Origin: a virus
Strand: one strand, 5' to 3'
IMG/VR virus record: IMGVR_UViG_3300021959_007301
Span: 1-64,000 of that record
DNA: 64,000 nt
The position numbers and the translations under genes are program-made. Below the pieces are notes generated by a model that saw only the letters and a program-made list of their open reading frames with translations, was not told the DNA's origin and searched no databases. Positions 59,295-64,000 of this stretch are shown piece by piece. The stretch's first letter is position 1. Every line of letters starts with the position of its first letter.

Positions 59295-59618
59295 ATGGTA
59301 GAACTCAGCAACGAAGCAATTACTCAAATTTTGTCGTTACAAGAAAAGGATGCATTTAATTACATCAGAGTTGGTGTTACTGGTGGTGGTTGTGCTGGTT
59401 TTGAATACATCTTTGATAGCAGTTTAGATGCTAACTTAGATGATACAGTAATTGATTATGGAAAATTCTCTATCCTAATTGATAATCATAGTGTACAATA
59501 TATAGAAGGGATGACACTAGATTATGTCAAAGAAGGACTGAACTCTTTCTTCAAATTCATAAACCCTAAAGAGGCAGCATCATGTGGATGTGGGGTTTCA
59601 GTAAACTTTAATATTTGA
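59295..59618 (+). CDS. iscA: Iron-sulfur cluster assembly accessory protein (IscA/HesB family)
   Basis: RVGV.GGGCAGF.Y, G..LDY, F.NP.....CGCG.S. Confidence 0.9.
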   Translation: MVELSNEAITQILSLQEKDAFNYIRVGVTGGGCAGFEYIFDSSLDANLDDTVIDYGKFSILIDNHSVQYIEGMTLDYVKEGLNSFFKFINPKEAASCGCGVSVNFNI

Positions 59619-59627
59619 AAAAACCCC

Positions 59628-59656
59628 TTGTAGAATGGGGGGTTATGGTGTATAGT
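59628..59656 (+). promoter_or_regulatory. Sigma70-like promoter for gp55
   Basis: TTGTAG, 17 nt, TATAGT with TG extension, just upstream of ATG 59663. Confidence 0.5.
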
Positions 59657-59662
59657 ATACGT

Positions 59663-60220
59663 ATGACTACGAAAAAACAATCTGAACACTACGTTAATAA
59701 CAAAGAGTTCACACAAGCAGTCTCCGATTATAACGAATCCGTTAGACTCGCAGAATCAAAGGGGAAAACCCCACCAAAGATGACAGAGTACATAGGGGAG
59801 TGCATTTATAAGATTGCTACTCGTTTATCTACACGTCCAAACTTTATCAACTATACGTACAGAGACGAAATGATTTGTGATGCAATCGAAAATTGCATTC
59901 AGTATATTCGTAATTTCAATGCAGAAAAATCTAACAATGCATTCGCATATATCACACAGATTTGTTACTATGCATTCCTAAGGCGTATTCAAAAGGAAAA
60001 GAAACAAGTTTTCATCAAACAACAAGCTATCGATGCAACAAACATTACTATGGATGCATACGATACAATTGATGGTGTTCACAACCCTGAATTCACTAAT
60101 ACAAACATTGAGTGGATGCAAGAGAACATGAACAGGGTTGCATACGAACCAAGAAAATCAAAGAGAACGAAAACAACAACTACAACCAAAAAATCATCAT
60201 TAGATAAATTTACTGAATGA
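59663..60220 (+). CDS. gp55: Late transcription sigma factor gp55
   Basis: HYVNNKEF, YIGEC..KIA..LS.RPNF.NYTYRDEMI.D.IENC, NAFAY.TQI.YYAFLRRI.KEK. Confidence 0.96.
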   Translation: MTTKKQSEHYVNNKEFTQAVSDYNESVRLAESKGKTPPKMTEYIGECIYKIATRLSTRPNFINYTYRDEMICDAIENCIQYIRNFNAEKSNNAFAYITQICYYAFLRRIQKEKKQVFIKQQAIDATNITMDAYDTIDGVHNPEFTNTNIEWMQENMNRVAYEPRKSKRTKTTTTTKKSSLDKFTE

Positions 60221-61284
60221 AAATAGCACTATTGAACGATACCCACTGTGGTGTTCGTGGTGACATGATTGAAATGTCCAAATACCAAGGACGCTTCTAT
60301 AACGAAGTGTTCTTTCCATACTTAGATAAACATGATATTAAACACATCATCCATCTAGGGGATTACTTTGACCGAAGAAAGTACATCAACTTTGCTTCGA
60401 TGAAAGCAAACATCAAACATTTTATTGAACCTATGAATGAACGTGGTATCACCATGGACTTAATCATTGGTAATCACGACACTTATTATAAGAACACTAA
60501 CGAAGTAAATGCACCTGAGTTATTACTCTACAATCAACCTAATGTCAATGTGATTTCCGAATGTGAAGTCAAAGAGTACGATGGGTTCAACATTGCATTG
60601 GTTCCTTGGATTAACTCTGAGAACTATGCTGATTCAGTAGAGTTTTTACAATCTGCAAATGCAAGTTGGTGTATGGGTCACTTTGAATTTGAAGGTGCAT
60701 TGATGATGCCAGGCATGACATGTCAACACGGACTTGACCATTCATACGTCAAACGATTTGACAAAGTATTGAGTGGACACTTCCATCAGAAGTCAGAGTT
60801 TGCAAACATCAGATACCTTGGTTCACAAATGCAGTTCACATGGTCAGATTATGGTGATGGAAAACACTTCCACATCTTTGATACTGAGAAGGTTGAATTA
60901 CTTCCAGTACATAATCCAATCACCATGTTTGAGAAAGCATTCTATGATGATACTAAAGAAACCTTTGAGACAATTAGTAATGCTGATTATAGTAAGTATG
61001 ATGGAAAGTTCACAAAGATTGTAGTAGTTAATAAAGAAAATCCATATTGGTTTGATACCTTCTTAGATAAGATTCATGGAGTCAATCCATTACATGTATC
61101 AGTAGTCGATGACAACAAGCACATGGACTTTATGGATGACGAAGATATGGGGGATGTTGAAGATACTTTAACAATCCTAACAAACTATATCGAAGGTCTT
61201 GACATTCAAGGGAAGAAAAAACCCCTTACAGAATTGATGACCTCATTATATAATGAAGCACTTGACCAACATAACTATCTATGA
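60217..61284 (+). CDS. gp47: Recombination endonuclease subunit gp47 (Mre11-like)
   Basis: DTH.G, HLGD.FD.RK, GNHD, GHFE, SGHFH. Confidence 0.95.
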   Translation: MKIALLNDTHCGVRGDMIEMSKYQGRFYNEVFFPYLDKHDIKHIIHLGDYFDRRKYINFASMKANIKHFIEPMNERGITMDLIIGNHDTYYKNTNEVNAPELLLYNQPNVNVISECEVKEYDGFNIALVPWINSENYADSVEFLQSANASWCMGHFEFEGALMMPGMTCQHGLDHSYVKRFDKVLSGHFHQKSEFANIRYLGSQMQFTWSDYGDGKHFHIFDTEKVELLPVHNPITMFEKAFYDDTKETFETISNADYSKYDGKFTKIVVVNKENPYWFDTFLDKIHGVNPLHVSVVDDNKHMDFMDDEDMGDVEDTLTILTNYIEGLDIQGKKKPLTELMTSLYNEALDQHNYL

Positions 61285-62996
61285 TTATATTTAAGAAAGT
61301 AAGATATAAAAATTTATTATCATCAGGTAACAAGTTTACCGAAATTCAATTAGATTCCCACCAAACAACTTTGATTTTGGGAGAGAATGGTGCAGGTAAG
61401 TCTACCTTATTAGATGCACTGTGCTTTGGACTCTATGGTAAAGGGTTCAGAAATCTTAAGAAAGACCTTCTTATAAACTCTATCAATGGACGTGACCTTA
61501 TAGTTGAGGTTGAGTTTGATATTGGTAGGAAATCATATAAAGTAATTCGTGGTGCAAAACCAAATAAGTTTGAGTTGTACGTCAATGACACACTCATTAA
61601 TCAAGATGCAACCATGAAGGACTATCAAGAACACTTAGAGAAGAACGTACTCAAAATGAGTTACCGTTCCTTTACTCAAGTTGCAATTTTAGGTTCTGCA
61701 AACTTTACACCTTTTATGCAGTTAAAGGCAGTAGAAAGACGTAAACTCGTAGAAGACCTATTGGATATCTCTATCTTTACAACTATGTCTGACATATTAA
61801 AGACGAAGATTTCCGAACATAAGATTGACGTGAATGAAAATAATCATGAAATTGAAATACTAGAAGAACGTATCAACGGATTGAATGGACAACTTAATGC
61901 ACTTCGTGAAAATCGTGAAAAGAAAATAAAACAATATGAATCCACCGTTGATGAAACTCAAACAAACATCGACAAACTTTTAGGAGAGGTGGATGAAAAG
62001 ACGGAAAATGTGGTGGAGAAAAAATCCACCATCAAGGATAAAGACCCTCAGGGCGATAGACTCAAAAAAGCAACAGAACTGGAGAGACAGTTGCAAGATG
62101 CTAGAAGGAAAGCAATTAAGGATGTCGAATTCTATGAGGAAAATGATGACTGTCCAACATGTAAACAGGGATTAGATGATGAACATAAAAAGAAACACAT
62201 TGCAGAAAGACAAGCTAAAGCAGATGAAATCAGGACTGCTTTGGTTGAAATTGAGAAGACAATCAACGAGTCCAATGGAAGACTTGAAGAAATCTCCAAG
62301 GTACAATCCGAAATCGATGATATTCAGAGAGGAATTGGTCTTCTTCAAGCAGAAGTGGTTTCAAATCAAAAATTCATTAAAAAGATTCAGGGAGAGATTA
62401 CTAAGTTAGAACAGGAACAGACTAGTAATAATAATGTTCAAGAACTCATTGACAGTGAAGAGGATACATTAGACATTCTCCATACAAAAAAAGGAACACT
62501 TGTTGAACAGAAACATTATCATGACATTGCTGTGACACTACTACGAGACCAAGGTGTCAGACAAAAGATTATCAAACAGTATGTTCCAGTCATGAATAAA
62601 TTAATCAACAAGTATCTTGCACAACTTGAATTCTATGTTGGGTTTGAACTTAACGAATCTTTTGAAGAAACAATCAAGTCACGATTCAGAGACGTATTCA
62701 AATACGATAACTTCTCACAAGGTGAAAAGATGAGAATCGATTTATCATTATTATTTACTTGGAGAAGTGTAGCACGTATGAAGAACTCAGTGAATACCAA
62801 TCTACTCATACTAGACGAAGTGTTTGACAGTTCATTAGACACTAATGGTACAGATGACTTCCTAAAATTATTAAATACCTTGACAGAAAAGACAAATGCA
62901 TTTATCATATCTCATAAAGGAGACGTGCTTTACGACAAGTTTGAAAATGTTATTCGATTTGAGAAACATAAAAACTTCAGTCGCATTGCAGAATAG
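61281..62996 (+). CDS. gp46: Recombination ATPase gp46 (Rad50-like)
   Basis: GENGAGKST, CPTC zinc hook, FSQGEK, LDEVFDSSLD, ISH. Confidence 0.96.
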   Translation: MIIFKKVRYKNLLSSGNKFTEIQLDSHQTTLILGENGAGKSTLLDALCFGLYGKGFRNLKKDLLINSINGRDLIVEVEFDIGRKSYKVIRGAKPNKFELYVNDTLINQDATMKDYQEHLEKNVLKMSYRSFTQVAILGSANFTPFMQLKAVERRKLVEDLLDISIFTTMSDILKTKISEHKIDVNENNHEIEILEERINGLNGQLNALRENREKKIKQYESTVDETQTNIDKLLGEVDEKTENVVEKKSTIKDKDPQGDRLKKATELERQLQDARRKAIKDVEFYEENDDCPTCKQGLDDEHKKKHIAERQAKADEIRTALVEIEKTINESNGRLEEISKVQSEIDDIQRGIGLLQAEVVSNQKFIKKIQGEITKLEQEQTSNNNVQELIDSEEDTLDILHTKKGTLVEQKHYHDIAVTLLRDQGVRQKIIKQYVPVMNKLINKYLAQLEFYVGFELNESFEETIKSRFRDVFKYDNFSQGEKMRIDLSLLFTWRSVARMKNSVNTNLLILDEVFDSSLDTNGTDDFLKLLNTLTEKTNAFIISHKGDVLYDKFENVIRFEKHKNFSRIAE

Positions 62997-63008
62997 ATAA
63001 ATAGTATT

Positions 63009-64000
63009 ATGAAAAGTTTTTCAGAGTTCACAGGATTAGACACTACAACGAACACTAAGAGAGTTATCTCTGAGTTAACTGTGAGTCCTGATTATCAACG
63101 AAAGGGTGTATTTAATCCCTATTATGTTTTAGATACTAAGATGGAACCCATCACTAATATAGTAGGTGATGGTGAAATCAAATTCAAGTGTACCAACACC
63201 CCAGCAGGAGAAGAGTTACTTACATTAGGTAATGGTAAATTCTTTTTCCAAATCGAGAAGGATGGGGTAGACCAACCCTATTATATAAGAACAACTAAGT
63301 CTGCAGTTAAAGACCACCTCGGTGGGGGTACACGTAAAAACTCTACCGCTTCATCTAACGTAAATGAATTCTTATCTCTTTACTTTGTTGCACATCCTGA
63401 AGAAGGAAACATGGACAGTGTAGACTGGGAGAAAGAGGTTGGTGGACGTACAGGTAAGACTGGAGTTTTTGATGGTGAAGGAAATGCAGTTACATACGAA
63501 GACCTAGTTGCATTATTAGATGCAGACGAAACTGCACAACGTGATATCAAGATTGGTATGGCAAACGGAGTTGCAGTAAGGAATGACCTCAAAGGCAGAA
63601 AGATTAAAAAACTCTACTGGACACCAAGAGGTAAACCTGCAGGAATCAGTGGTAGGAATCCATCAGACGTGATAGTAGAACTAGACGATGGTTTTATAGG
63701 ATACTCTAATAAAATTTCTTCAGGTAAAGATGCAACGCCAAAGATGAATTCATCTATTACTGCACAATATAAAAAACTTGGAGACTCAAAACAACTTAAA
63801 ACAGTAATGGGATTTATTGATAAATCTTTAAAACATGCATTTGATTCTATCAACAATTCTGAACTCAAAAAGACAATTACACCACTATTAAAAAAAGTTG
63901 CAAAGGACGATTACACAGAAGGTGGTTCGAAATCTTCTTTCCCTAAAATTGCAAGAGAGTTTAACAAACATGCACTGAATTTTTATCAAGATGGGTTTTA
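63009..64000 (+). CDS. Hypothetical protein with capsid-targeting-like N-terminus and possible PD-(D/E)xK motif; runs off the window end
   Basis: Not in the ORF track; hand translation MKSFSEFTGL...NPSDVIVELDDGFIGYSNK..., open to the window end. Confidence 0.65.
   Translation, partial: MKSFSEFTGLDTTTNTKRVISELTVSPDYQRKGVFNPYYVLDTKMEPITNIVGDGEIKFKCTNTPAGEELLTLGNGKFFFQIEKDGVDQPYYIRTTKSAVKDHLGGGTRKNSTASSNVNEFLSLYFVAHPEEGNMDSVDWEKEVGGRTGKTGVFDGEGNAVTYEDLVALLDADETAQRDIKIGMANGVAVRNDLKGRKIKKLYWTPRGKPAGISGRNPSDVIVELDDGFIGYSNKISSGKDATPKMNSSITAQYKKLGDSKQLKTVMGFIDKSLKHAFDSINNSELKKTITPLLKKVAKDDYTEGGSKSSFPKIAREFNKHALNFYQDGF

Noticed and set aside
44783-62996. Introns, inteins or homing endonucleases in gp17, gp20, gp23, UvsW or gp46
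   Set aside because: The ORFs are continuous and of ordinary length, with no splicing or endonuclease motifs seen.
2509-63868. Numerous 60-200 aa minus-strand ORFs inside structural and replication genes
   Set aside because: They lie within or across well-supported + strand genes and have the Ser/Ile/Pro-rich composition typical of antisense frames.
1-64000. tRNA or rRNA genes
   Set aside because: Intergenic gaps are short and I saw no cloverleaf or T-loop consensus; a tRNA scan would be needed to exclude them formally.

Overview
AT-rich 64 kb segment of a T4-like myovirus genome, with the gene order typical of marine T4-like phages; the host cannot be determined from this window. It runs from a minus-strand KdsB/HAD/gp4 block through baseplate genes (gp48, gp53, hub, gp5, gp25, gp6, gp7, gp8, VrlC-like) and a ~17 kb accessory fibre and enzyme region. 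Neck, tail, packaging and head genes follow (gp13-gp23, gp3), then UvsY, UvsW, IscA, gp55, gp47 and gp46. Many T4 late promoters (TATAAATA) are present. The most striking feature is two adjacent gene pairs (25216-27248 and 34344-36161) encoding Pro/Tyr/Gln/Arg repeat proteins built from 6, 8 and 10 aa units. In each pair the second protein is the unit-by-unit mirror image of the first. Unit lengths match in reverse order (30/30 and 21/21), and an FTY-class unit faces an ANA-class unit. This looks like a protein-level complementarity code for antiparallel heterodimeric fibres. Candidate modifying enzymes lie nearby: a glycosyltransferase, 2OG-Fe(II) oxygenases, an amidinotransferase and a PRMT-like methyltransferase. 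All annotation is by eye from motifs and synteny; no searches were run.
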